Positions 13,502 to 25,761 of a stretch of DNA of 64,000 bases are shown here, piece after piece. Source of the stretch: the human T2T-CHM13v2.0 reference genome, Homo sapiens; the NCBI RefSeq assembly GCF_009914755.1, contig NC_060929.1; one strand, given 5' to 3'. A model generated the notes under the pieces. It was not told where the DNA came from and did no database searches. It saw nothing but the letters and a program-made list of their open reading frames with translations. Within the stretch, counting starts at the first letter, position 1, and each line of letters begins with the position of its first letter. The position numbers were made by a program, and so were the translations under genes.

Positions 13502-14494
13502 TGTGATCTGAGAGACCAAAATAGATACCCCTTTATCAAGTAAGATGGGCCCTAAATTTAAGGGAAAAAAAAGCCATCTACAGGTCGAGGGTTCAGGGAC
13601 TGGCTGGCATGGCAAATTCTAAATTCCTATTACAATAAGAAAACCCACACCCTTGCTCAGCTCCCTAACAATAGGAGCTATCAACTGGTTAAAACCCAGA
13701 CCACTACAACTCTGACTGGACAAAGGACTGACCTTACATTCTTTCCTGATAAGCTATCACAGTCCTTAAACCAGTTTCAGCCAGCTTATAGAGGCTGCAT
13801 ATACAAACTGTCTTTGTGTCCTACAGTTTGCCTTTTTTTTTTCATTTTTCTTTTTTTTTTGTGATGGAGTTTTGCTCTGTCACCCAGGCTGAAATACAGT
13901 GGCGTGATCTCGGCTAACTGCAACCTCCGCCTCCCAGGTTCAAGCAATTCTCTTGCCTCAGCCTCCGGAGTAGCTGGGATTATAGGCGTGTGACACCACG
14001 CCCAGTTAATTTTTTGTATTTTTAGTAGAGACGGGGTTTCACTGTGTTAGCCAGGATGGTCTCGATCTCCTGACCTCGTGACCTGCCCGCCTAGGGCTCC
14101 CAAAGTGCTGGGATTACAGGCATGAGCCACCAAGCCCGGCCTACAGTTTGCCTTCTAATGTAAGGAGCCAAATTCCACCTCATGTTAATGCTAAAACACT
14201 GCCCAAATAAACATGGTGTGTATGTTACACACGTGTTTACCCATTGCACATGCATTCAGCTCCCCTCATATACAAAAAACATGTATAACTTTCCCCCCCA
14301 AACCTGCTAAATAAGTATGATACAGGCCCTGAATGGCATAAAACCCAACCTGCTCTTCCCCTCTTCGAGAAGAGAGCGCCTTCAAGTTCATGCTGGAGAT
14401 TTCCTCTTCCTGGCTTGCAAACCGATATTGCCAGTAATAGACATCTTATAGCACTCTTTTCTATTTAGCTACTCTAGTGGTCTTTTGGAGGACA
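13502..14494 (+). mobile_element. Nested ERV1 solo LTR (MER4-group, family uncertain) split by an Alu
   Basis: Starts TG 'tgtgatctgagagaccaaaatag', ends CA 'ggtcttttggaggaca'; TATA-like 'gcataaaaccc' present. Confidence 0.75.
13833..14141 (-). mobile_element. Alu (Sc8/Y-like)
   Basis: Antisense Alu with 'gtgttagccaggatggtctcgatc'; TSD tacagtttgcctt on both sides. Confidence 0.95.
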
Positions 14495-15649
14495 GATTTT
14501 CCTTTGTCTTTGTCTTCTTTTGTCATTTCATCATAAAGAGGATTACCATAGAATAAAATACAGGCCTAAAATCCCTGCCAGTCTGTTGTTTGAGCCAGCC
14601 TCTATAGACTGTGAGCTTTACAGTTCTTATCAGATCAGCACTTGTTTAAGACAAACTGTGCTGTGGGTCACTGAAATAAAAACTGGATGAGGTTCTCCTC
14701 TTGTCTTGTTTTATGTTCTTGAGGGCTTGACTTGTGACCAAGTGGGAGCACTCTGTCCGTCTCCACCTTAAAATAGAGCTTTTTTAAATAAAAACCTCGG
14801 TTAACAAGGTCCCCAAAATATCTTGAGGTCCTTGGGCCACTCAAAAAGTGACAATTTTTGCTTAAATTTTTGCTTAAAATCATGGGGCATGATTTTTGGG
14901 TCTCATCCGATGGCCAGTGTGAAAGGACTAAAAACCTCAAGATATGTGCAATTTTAAACAACACTCTCTTTGTTTCCTATATGCCAAGCTCTCAGGGGAG
15001 TTTACGTCAATAAAAAGTACCATCCATAAAGGCCTTTTGCTGTCTCAACTCTCATTGCCCGATTAGTACTGGGAAAGTCCAGTTCCAGGAGGACCTGCCC
15101 ATATCACAGATTAACAGGTCTGTAACTGGCAACCCCCCACAAATTTGTGAGATACTGGAGACACTGTTCCGAAAACACTGTTCTCAACCATCTGTGACTG
15201 TAACCATCTTTTTGCTCTCTTAGTCTATTTATAGGCATTAATTTTGGGTGATCATGGGCATTGTCTCTTTGACACCCTTTCCAGGAACTCCTTTTGCTTA
15301 TATGGTAAAACTTATTCTAAGCCTAACAATTACCTCCTGGTCTTTCCATAAAGAGCCTTATTAGATTGAATCACTATTAAAATAAGTACATCATTAGATA
15401 TTCATTAGTCATTAGTGGCCAGACAATGGATCTTTAAGTTAAAAAGACTCCTATGTGGGAAAAATATATATATTACAGATGTCTCTTTCTAAACAATTAC
15501 CTTATTTTTATTTATGGAAAGAAAGATCAAATTAGATAAAAGATACAAAACTAAAGAGCATAAATCTGACCCAGAACAAAAGTTAAAATCCTTTGAAAGC
15601 TCAAACTTCCTGTTTTGGATTTTCTGTGGGATTTGCAAGAAAGGCACTG

Positions 15650-15724
15650 CACTCTGTAGCCTCATGGCTAGGATTGGGCACTTTCACCACTGCAACCCAG
15701 GTTTGATTCCAGGTCATGAAATCA
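15650..15724 (+). pseudogene. tRNA-Glu(TTC)-derived relic inside the ERV internal region
   Basis: 'tggctaggattgggcactttcaccactgcaacccaggtttgattccaggtcatgaaatca' aligns without gaps to tRNA-Glu TGGCTAGGATTCGGCGCTTTCACCGCCGCGGCCCGGGTTCGATTCCCGGTCAGGGAA(CCA); many mismatches are CpG transitions; acceptor stem degraded. Confidence 0.8.
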
Positions 15725-18540
15725 GTTCCTTGGAAATGTAAATCCTTTGACTCAGGAAAAGAAAAACATTCATACAAATTAGTTTACATTGTTTTCAATT
15801 TATATTTGCATGACTCTTGACCTTTGGGGATATCCATTTGTTTATAATCCTTTCTTCTCCCATAGACAGGTTTTTAATTTCCTGTTGTCAAACTATTTGT
15901 CTCCTTTAATTTTCTGTCCATGCAGCACATGGGTTGTCAGGCCTTTGTGTACAGATGGTCAGCTGAGACACTGGGGTCCTGGAAAATGAGACCACACAGA
16001 GATGTGGGTTGTATCCCATTTGTTGCTAGCAAAATTTTTCTTCCTTTATACTACCATTGGGAGTTATCTGAATTTTGGAATGGTTACAGCTTTTGCTCCT
16101 TCTTTGGAAAACTTGGCTAAGGCCATAAAGGGCTTCTTGATTTTAGTCTCATGTGTGCTTATTTGTTTTGATTTTGATCATTTGTCTAGGTATATCTGGT
16201 TTAAAATCGGTTTGTATTCAGGCTGTGATACAAGTGGTTCTTTAGGTTTTTTGGTGTTTTGGTTTCATTTGTCTTTCCCTCTCTATTGAGCTGGAGAGAC
16301 ACACCCTGCAGCACCACTGACAGACAAAGTAGTGAGCAAGTGCGGTAGACCCCACTTCAGGCAGTGCAGGGAAACACACTGCTCCTGCCGCTGCCACCAC
16401 GTCCTCTTGGGTCCAGCAAAAGGCTGGTGGGTTGTGTGACAGAAAGTTTGCTGCTTGTATATTTAATTATTTATTTATTTATTTTTAATAGAGCTCTAAG
16501 GTCAAAAGCTTAATTAAAAGCTTATATTTTTCTCTGTTCTCTTTTAAATCCTTTCTCCCCAGGAAACTTCTTAGAAGATTAGAACCCTTTCTCTTAAACC
16601 CTTGCTAACTAGAACTACATTAGCCTTTTGAAATGTTTAAAACTCCCCAAATTGACTTCTAAGACTTGTTCTTCCACTTGCTCTGCCCGTTTCTTTTTGC
16701 CACTTTTGATACCACATGAAGGGATCTAGAGGGGACTTCTAGCAACTCTGAGACTCCTTGAAAAACACAAAAATATGCCACTGACCTCCTTATATTGGGA
16801 CCCCCTGTCTTCTTCATGGAACCCCAGGAGCAGTACTAAGGTTCCTCTTAGCTCTGGTTTATGTTATCCATCATCATTATGATTATTATGCTAAATTGTT
16901 GAAGGCCACAGAAAATAACCAAATTTCTTTGTCAATTGCATCTTTAACCATGGCCATTTTAAGCTGTGTTGCCCCCAATCAAATGCATTATTCTGATGCC
17001 TTTTTTTTTCTGAAAGCTCTTTGCAAATCCTAAAATGTTGTGTCTTCAAGGAGTTCAGCGAAGGGATTAAAAAAAATGACAAATACAGGTTTCTGACAAA
17101 TTTGAAACCATACAATTGAACTGGCTAAAAATTCTAAAACTCTTTTTAAAAATCCCCTTGGATTGTCTATAGCTTTACAGCAATTTGGTAAATTATAATT
17201 TTTTGAGCAGAACTGAAACATTTACCTTTTTCTCTCCTGATTTCTCCAGAATTCAGAAACTGTTCATGCATCTTTTTGTTTGATGGCAATATAGTATTTT
17301 TACATAAGTTCAGTGAGAATCTGCTCTCTTTTGTAATAGGACGCAATTGCAGACACTGTTTATTTCACCAAGGTTATGACTGGAATCATATTTTTAGATA
17401 TGACCAAACTAGTTTGAGGGATTGAGGTTGTCTTTAATGGGGACAATAAAAATCCCCTTGGAAAAACTGATCTAGCACCTTGTCTACATGGTTCCTTTAC
17501 AGGGTTCCTGCCCTTGCAGTAAGCAAAAATTGCCACTTTTTGAGCGGCCCAAGGACCTCAAGATATTTTGGGGACCTTGTTAGCAGAGGTTTTTATTTAA
17601 TTTGTATAAGTTTTACAGACACGATCTGAGAGCGAGGTTAATCCTAGGCAGGCTTCCTAGTCTTAAGAGGCTTTTAATTTCTTATACAAAGTTCCAAAAT
17701 TGCCACTTATGAAGAGGCTATAGGATAAATCATTATTCTTACTGCACTTTATGTAAATAATCAGGCTTATTTATTTATTATTATTTATGTAAATAATCAG
17801 AGTTAATGAAACTGAACTTATTTATGAACAAATTAGTCTTGCTGAAAACATCTTTGGTAGAAATGAAAGACTGGAGAGAGAAAAATTATGTTTCAGAAGA
17901 CCTATAGTATACATGTTACTCGGTTCTAGTACCATCTATTTTTTAATTAGTTTTTTTAATTATCTGGACTGAATCCCAAATTTTTAGTTTCTTCCCATAT
18001 CTATCTTAGATTCACCAGACTAACATTTCTAATTTTCGTTCACCCTTTCTCACTTGGAATTACTAAAAATTAAAACTGCCTTTTTTTCTGAGGCCCTAAA
18101 AACTGAAGCTAGTCACTCAGGCTTTAAAGAGAAATCAACACAGAGCTTATATTTGAACAAATTTTGTACATGGAGAGAATAAACCAAAAACTCTGTTAGA
18201 TTGCCATTAATCTTTTCAACTAACTGCCCTCCAAATGCTAAAGAAACTACTCTATAGATTACTCCAGGCATTAACCTTTTCTTCTGTTCCTATGGAAATG
18301 CCATTTATTAAAAATCTGTTTGCCTACCTCATATAGAGGCCTAGCTGTGAGAGCCCATCTGCAATGCCATCTCCTTAAATGAGACACAACTATTTAACTG
18401 AACTTACTTATTCACAGAAAGGGGAAACTAGTTTAATGGTATCCTTAGCCACTCAGTTGCTAATTTGGTATTTTTCTCTCCAAAGACACCAACTCAGCTT
18501 TATGTGTGTGAAACTTCTAGGAAAGCTTCAGACAGGGAAA

Positions 18541-19130
18541 CGTTGGGGCACAGAAAACAATGCCCCAAAATATGACACTCTGACATGTTGTGCTGAAGAA
18601 ACAGCCTTAAGCTCTCTCTGACCTTCCCCTGACTCAAATCTCAACCCTTCTGTCTCTCCCAAAGCAGAGGATGAGGCTGTTCTCTAAAGTTTCCTTATTT
18701 ACCTAAAAACTGGACTCCCAAAGAGGAGCACAACTATCTTCCATTCCCTCCTTGAAACCTCATTATTTACTCCAGAAAACAAGACTGAGAAATGTAGCTA
18801 CATTTGGATGGATTTTTCAAAAACTAAGGTCTGCCTCTCAGCTTATTTAAATTCCAAAGAGAATAATTTTAAAGTTTACTTCTGTCACCTGGGTCCACTC
18901 ATTGTTCTTAATAATCATTTACTATCCCTCAAAAAATTGTTGAAATTTTTCAACTCCTCCCTCCCCTATGAAGAAAGGAATATAAGATTCTGTATCCCAC
19001 TGGATTATTTAATTATTCTCCTGTGATTTCCCCATGCTATGTATATTAAAATATATTTTGTATGGCTTTTGTTCCTATTAATCTGCTTTTTGTCAGCTGA
19101 TTTTCAGTAAACTTCAGAAAGTAAAGAGGG
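18541..19130 (+). mobile_element. 3' LTR (MER34/MER39-like), 3'-truncated
   Basis: Homologous to 12370-13181 but lacks the terminal '...ggtccctaca'; joins directly to L1 ORF1 sequence. Confidence 0.8.
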
Positions 19131-20178
19131 AATGGCAGACACAAAACCACGGATCCAGGAAGCTTAGAGAGCACCAAGTAGAGTAAATACAAAAAGAAAA
19201 AAAAATACCTAGATATAATAAATTATATATTCAATCTCCAGAAAACCCAAAAGAAAGAAAACCTTGAAGGAAGCTGAGGGTCAGGAGATAAAGGTAGAAT
19301 ACCTTGCCTGTGGAAGAACAAAGATAAGAATTAAACAATTTCTGATCAGAAACCATGCACACAAGGCAGAAAAGTCAAATATTTAAAATGTTGAAAAAAA
19401 GAAAACCTACAATTTTCAGCAAAATTATCTTTCCAAATAGAGAAATAAGGACATCCTCAAACAAACTGGAAAAATTATGTTACCAGATGACCAACCTTAT
19501 AAGAAAAGTTAAAAGAAGTTCTTCATGCTGAAGGAAAGCTAAATAGGCTAAAAACATGGATCTACATTTAAAGAAAGAAAGAAAAGTGTCAGAGAAAAAA
19601 TGTATTAAGATAAAACAGGATTGTGTTTTTCTTATTTTTAACTGTATTTTGGTGCTACTGTAAGACAACTGTATGTTTAAAGTAATCATGATAACAATGT
19701 ATTAGGTAATTATAGGTATGAATAAGTGAAATGTAAAACAGCATTGTCACAGGAATTAATTGAGAATGCTCTGCTGTAAGTTACCTGCACTACTTATAAA
19801 TGAGTATAGTGTTATGTGAAGGTTAAGTTAGACTAATTAAAATGTATATTGTAAACTCTAGAGCAATAACTAAAATCTTTGTTAAACAAGAATAATTGAT
19901 ACACTCTGAAGGAGATAAAATAGAATCATGTAAAATCCTTAATATCAGAGAAGCCATAAAAAAGGGGTAGGATAAGCAACAATTAGTATGATTAAATATA
20001 AGTTATAATTATAATACATATTAATTACTTATTACATATTAATACATATTAATCACTGTATAATCTAAAAGTACTAATTAAAAGATAGAAGTTGAATGAG
20101 TAGATGAAAAATAATCTAGAGGCAACTTTATCTCATGTAAAATAAACTCACTTCAAATATAAAGACTCAACACTGTTA

Positions 20179-20555
<377 letters not shown>

Positions 20556-20568
20556 TTAATTTCAGACA

Positions 20569-20702
20569 GGCCAGGCATGGCAGTTCATGCATAGAATCCC
20601 AGCATTTTGGAAGGCAAAGTGGGAAGGGTTGCTTAAGACCAGGAGTTTGAGACCAGCCTGGGCAACACAGTGAGACTCTGTCTCTATTTAAAAAAAAAAA
20701 AA
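20569..20702 (+). mobile_element. FLAM_C / left Alu monomer
   Basis: 'ggccaggcatgg...aggagtttgagaccagcctgggcaacacagtgagactctgtctct' plus A tail; TSD-like aa(t/c)ttcagaca. Confidence 0.85.
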
Positions 20703-21280
20703 TGTGACAAAAAACTTCAGACACAGCAGAATTCAGAGCAAGAAAGATTACCAAAGAGAAAAAATAAGTATGTCATAATGATAAAGAGGTCATCTTCAAA
20801 AAAGATTTAAGGATCTTATATATGTATGCATATAACATTGTCAAAATGCATGAAGCAAAAACCAATAGAACTAAAAGGATAAATAGACAAATCCAACATT
20901 AGAGTTACAGATTTAAACCCTCTCTATCGGTAACTTACATGTCAAGTAGGCAGAATATTAGTAGGGATATGATATCCAGAACAGAATTAACAATCAACTT
21001 GATCTAATTGACATTTATAGGTTGTTTTTACCAAACATAAGCAGCATACACATTCTTTTCAAGTTCTCATAGAACGCCCACCAAGATAATCTACATTCTC
21101 AGCCATGAAACATACTTAGGCACATTTAAAATAACAGAAATTATTATCTAATAACCTTCAAAAAGCCTATAATTAATAACTTTCCAAAACAGAAATAGAT
21201 AATAATCTTCAAAAAAGGCTAAGATGGTTTTACTAGTGAATTATATCAAATATTTAAGGAAGAAATAATACTCATTCTTG

Positions 21281-21586
21281 CTTTTTTTGTTTGTTTGTTT
21301 TTTTACTTGAGACGAGTCTCGCTCTGTCGCCCAAGCTGGAGTGCAGTGGCCCAATCTTGGCTCACTGAAAGCTCCGCCTCCTGGGTTCACGCCATTCTCC
21401 TGCCTCAGCCTCCGGAGTAGCTGGGACTACGGGAGCCCGCCACCACCCGGCTAATTTTTTGTATTTTTAGTAGAGACGGGGTTTCACCATGTTAGCCAGG
21501 ATGGTCTCCATCTCCTGACCTCATGATCCGCCCGCCTCGGCCTCCCAAAGTGCTGGGATTACAGGTGTGAGCCACCATGTCCGGCC
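21281..21586 (-). mobile_element. AluY
   Basis: Diagnostic 'aagctccgcctcctgggttcacgccattctcc' and 'gttagccaggatggtctc'; TSD ataatact(c/a)attctt. Confidence 0.95.
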
Positions 21587-21865
21587 CTATAATACTAATT
21601 CTTGACAATTTTTCCAGAAAATAGAAGCAGAGGAAACACTTCCTAACTCATTTGTAAAGTCAGCATTACCCTACTATCAAACCAGGCTATGACATTATAA
21701 GACAAGCAAACCAAAACCAGTATTTTTCATGAACATACATGCAAAAAGCCTCAACAAAATATAAGAAAATAGAATCCAAGATTGTATAAAAAGAATTTCA
21801 TACTATAACCAAGTGAGATTATTCCAGTTAAGCAAGACTGGTTTAACATTCAAAATCAGTACAAT

Positions 21866-22264
21866 TGCTATGGTTTGGGTGTTTGTCTCCTTCAGATTTC
21901 ATGTTCAAATATAATCCCCAATGATTAGAGGTGGGGCCTGGTAAAAGGTGTTTGGGCCATAGAGGTGGATCCTTCATGAATAGCTTTGTGCCATTCTTAT
22001 GGCAATAAGTAAGTTCAGGAGAGATCTGGCTGTATGAAAGAGCCTGGGATCTTCCTTGTCTCTCTCACTCCTCTCACATGTGACTCACTGGCTCCCCTTG
22101 ACCTTCTGACATGATTGTAAGCCTCTGAGGCCCTCAACAGAAGCAGATGCTTGCACCATGCTTACTGCAGAGTCTGTAGAACTGTGAGTCAAAAGAAATC
22201 TCTTTTCTTTATGAATTAACCAGCCTCAGGTACTCCTTTATAACAATACAAATGGGCTGATATG
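21866..22264 (+). mobile_element. MaLR LTR (MSTB-like)
   Basis: 'tgctatggtttgggtgtttgtc...gaggtggggcctgg...gaagcagatgcttgcaccatgctt...ccagcctcaggtactcctttataaca'. Confidence 0.85.
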
Positions 22265-22794
22265 CAATCTACTATATCAACAGGTTACAAAAGAAAAATT
22301 ATATAATCATATCAGTAGATACAGAAAAAAAGCATTTGACAAAATCCAACATCCACTGATGATAAAAAATCTCAGAAAAATTGATATAGAGTAACTTCCG
22401 CAACTTGATTAAAAAAAAATACCTACAGAAAACCTACGGCTGACATTATAACCAATGATGAGATTCAGAAAACTGTCCCCTTAGGATCAGGAACATGGAT
22501 GACCTCTTTTACCATTCCTATTTAACAATGTAACAGAAATCTTAGCTAATGCAATGAGATAAGAAACAGAAATAAAAGATATACAGGTAGGAAGAAATAA
22601 AACTATCATTTTTTTGCATATGGTATGATTTTCAACGTGGAAAAACCCAAAGAATGTACAAATTAATACCTGGACCTAATGCATACATCGAGGTTGTAGG
22701 ATACAAGGTCAAATTAAAAAGTCAATTGCTTTATTATACATCAGCAATGAGCAATTGGAATTTGCATGGAAAAAAAAGTAAATAACATCCCAAA

Positions 22795-23692
22795 TTTCCA
22801 GGTCCATTTGTTGAGAAACTGTTCATTGAATTTGTATTGCCGTTGTCAAGATTCTTGTCTACATATGTGTGTGTTAGTCTATCTCTGAGCTCTTCATTAT
22901 GTTCTATTAATCCATGTCTATTCTTTCATTAATACAATACCATCTTGATTACTGTTCTTTATAATAAGTTTTCCAATCAGTACTGAACGCCAGCGGTCCT
23001 CAACCTTTTTGGCACCAGGGACCAGTTTCGTGAAAGACAATTTTTCAATGGACCGGGGATGGGGTGTGGGTGGGAGTAGAGATGGGGTGGTAGGAGTTTG
23101 GTTTTGGGATGACACTGTTCCATCTCAGATCATCAGTCATACTCATAAGGAGTATGCAACCTAAATCCCTTGAATGCACAGTTCACAATAGGGTTCATGC
23201 TCCTATGAGAATCGAATGTGGCTGCCAATCTGACAAGAGGGGGAGCTGAATTGGTAGTTGCTCGCTCACCTGCCACTTACCTCCTGCTATGCTGCCCAGT
23301 TCCTAACAGGCCACAGACTGTTAATGGTCAGCCACTTGGGTGTTGGGGACCCCTGATGTAAGCCCTCTAACTTTGCTCTTCTTCAGTACCATATTAGCTA
23401 TGCTACAAAGTTTTGACTTTTCCTATACATTTAAGAATTGGTTTGTTGTTATTTACATAATATCTTGCTGGGAATTTGACTGGGATTATACTGTGTGTCT
23501 GTATCAACTTGGGAGGCGTAGCTCTTTTAACAATTTAGAATCTACTAGCCAATGAAGATGGAAAAAATATCTCCATTTATTAGTTCTTCCTTGATTTCAT
23601 TAATTGGCATTGTGTAGTTTTCCACACACAAACCTTATACATATGTTGTTGATTTATACCTATGAATTACATTTTTGGTGCTATTGTAAATT
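22795..23692 (-). mobile_element. Antisense L1 ORF2 segment
   Basis: 'caataccatcttgattactg', 'gctgggaatttgactgggatt', 'ttatacctatg...ggtgctattgtaaat' are antisense ORF2 motifs. Confidence 0.75.
22991..23355 (+). mobile_element. MER1B (hAT-Charlie MITE)
   Basis: TIRs 'cagcggtcctcaacc' and 'tgttggggacccctg'; internal 'tttttggcaccagggaccagtttcgtgaaagacaattttt'. Confidence 0.9.
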
Positions 23693-24017
23693 AATTTTTT
23701 CTAAAGGTGCTGCACCATTTAAAATTTCTACCAACAATATATGAGAATGCCAGTTTCTCCAATCTTCACCATAACTTGTTCTGTCTATCTTTTTCATTAT
23801 AGCTTTCTTAAAGTGTGTGAAGTCGTACCTTACTGAGGTTTAGGTATGCATTTCCCTATGGCCTAATTGTGTTGAGCATCTTTTCATATGCAGATCGACC
23901 ATTTGTGTATCTTTTTTGGAGTAATAGCCTACTCAAACCCTTTGATTATTTTTAATTGTTATTTTTACTTTTTATTACAGAGTCATAAGGTCTCCTTACA
24001 TATTGGGTGCAAATTCT

Positions 24018-25761
24018 ACTATGATTTGAATGTTGCCTCCAAGAGTCATGTTGAAAATTAATCTGAAATATGGCAGTATTGAAAAGTAAGGCCTTTAAGA
24101 GGTGATTGGATTCACAGATTGATGGACTAAAGGGACTGAGACAGAAAATTGAGACCTGGAAGTGGGGTGTTGCTGATAGTAAATACCTAAAAACATAGAA
24201 GAGGCTTTAGAACTGGGTAATGGGCAGAAGCTAAAAGAACTTAGAGAAGCAGGCTAGAAAAAAATCGAGATTCTGGTGCAGACTTAGAATACAAGAAGAC
24301 TGGGGAAAGTTGGGAACTCTGTAGAGATTGCTTAAGTGGTTATGACCAGCATACTGATAGAAAATATGGACAGGAAAGGCCATTCAGACAAGGTTTTAGA
24401 TGGAACTGAGAAACAAAATATTAGAAACTGGAGTAAAGACTATCCCTGATATACATGGATAAAGAACTTGGCTGCATTGTATCCAAGTCCAAGGGCTTTG
24501 TGAAAGGCCAAACTTGAGAGGGATGAACTAGGATATCTGGTGGAAGAAATTTCTAAGCCACCAAGTTCTCAGGCTGCTGAGTGGTTACTTCTAACTGCTT
24601 ACAGTGAACCTCTAGAGACAGGAGAAACAGAGGGGGAAAGTCTGTATTTTCCATATAATATTCAGTCTTGCCATGAGGTGGGGAATAAAAGAGCATTTTC
24701 AGGAGAGAAATCCAAGAGTGAGGCCCAGCTAGTACTTTCTAAAGAGATTAGCATGGCTAAAAGAGAACCAGGTGCTAAAAGTCAAGACCATGGGGAAAAG
24801 GCCCCTGAAGGCATTTCAGAAATCTTTGAGGCTGACCCTCCCCTCACAGACCCAGAGACCTAGGAGGACAGAAGGGTTTTAGGGGACAGGCCCAGGCATG
24901 GCTGCCATGTGCCACCTCTGAGCAGTTCTTGCTTCTCCCCACATCACTGTCACTCTGGCTCAAGCAGCCTTAAGTGCAGCTTGTGCCAAAAACTCAGAAG
25001 GTACATGTTCTAAAACTTGGTGGCATCCACGTGGTGCTAATTTTGCAGACTTACAGAAAGTGAGAGCTGTGGAGACTTGGCAGATTCTACCTAGATTTCA
25101 AAAAATGTCATCAAAAGCCTGAGGGTTCAAGCAGAGACTGGTCACAGGGGCTGACGCCCCCACTAGAGTTATGCTGAGTGGGTATGTGGGGATGGAACTA
25201 CTGCAGAGAGTCCCCACTAGGGCAATGCCTAGAAAGTCATGGGAGTGAGACTGTCACTAAGACCCCAGAACTGTGGAGCTATCAGTGTGCAACACAAGCA
25301 TGGTAGAGCTAGGTGGGCTGAGCCAAGAAACCCATTGGGTTGGGGTTGTTTAAGGCCTTGGGGGCTCAACCACCACACCAGTATGCTGAGGATGCCAGAC
25401 ATGAGGTAAAAAGAGATGATTCTGGGGTCTTCAGACCTACTGTCTGTGTCTCTTAGGTTTTAGACTTGCCTAGGGCATGTTACCCCTTTCTTCTTGGCTG
25501 TTTTTCCCTTTTGAAATGGGAATGTGTTCCCTATGACTATGCCACATTTGATCCTCAAAGCAGATATCTTGTTCTAATTTCACACGTTTGCAGATGAAAC
25601 TTTGGACTTTGGATGTGTCAGTTGGTGCTGAAATGAGACAACAGTTTGGAACTATAGAGATACAATGAATGTAATTGTATTTGAGAAGGACATACGTTTG
25701 GAAGGAGCAGGAGAAGAATACCGTGGTTTCAGTGTCCCCTCTAAAACTCATGTGAAACTTA
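24018..25761 (+). mobile_element. MST-type MaLR element: deleted 5' LTR, MST-int, start of 3' LTR
   Basis: 'tactatgatttgaatgt...' then int 'gaaaattgagacctggaagtggggtgttgctg...ttagaactgggtaatgggcagaag'; 3' LTR begins ~25719 and is cut by an L1PA. Confidence 0.85.

Larger units (their letters stand above)
12370..19130 (+). mobile_element. Two-LTR non-coding ERV1 provirus (MER34/MER39-like LTRs, MER4-group internal)
   Basis: Homologous LTRs at ~12370-13181 and ~18541-19130 (both contain 'ttttcagtRaacttcagaaRgtaaag'); PBS-like 'tttggtcctgcaagcagg' after the 5' LTR; purine tract 'agacagggaaa' before the 3' LTR; no intact gag/pol. Confidence 0.8.

Noticed and set aside
24540-24863. 107-aa ORF
   Set aside because: Degenerate MaLR internal (MST-int) ORF remnant.
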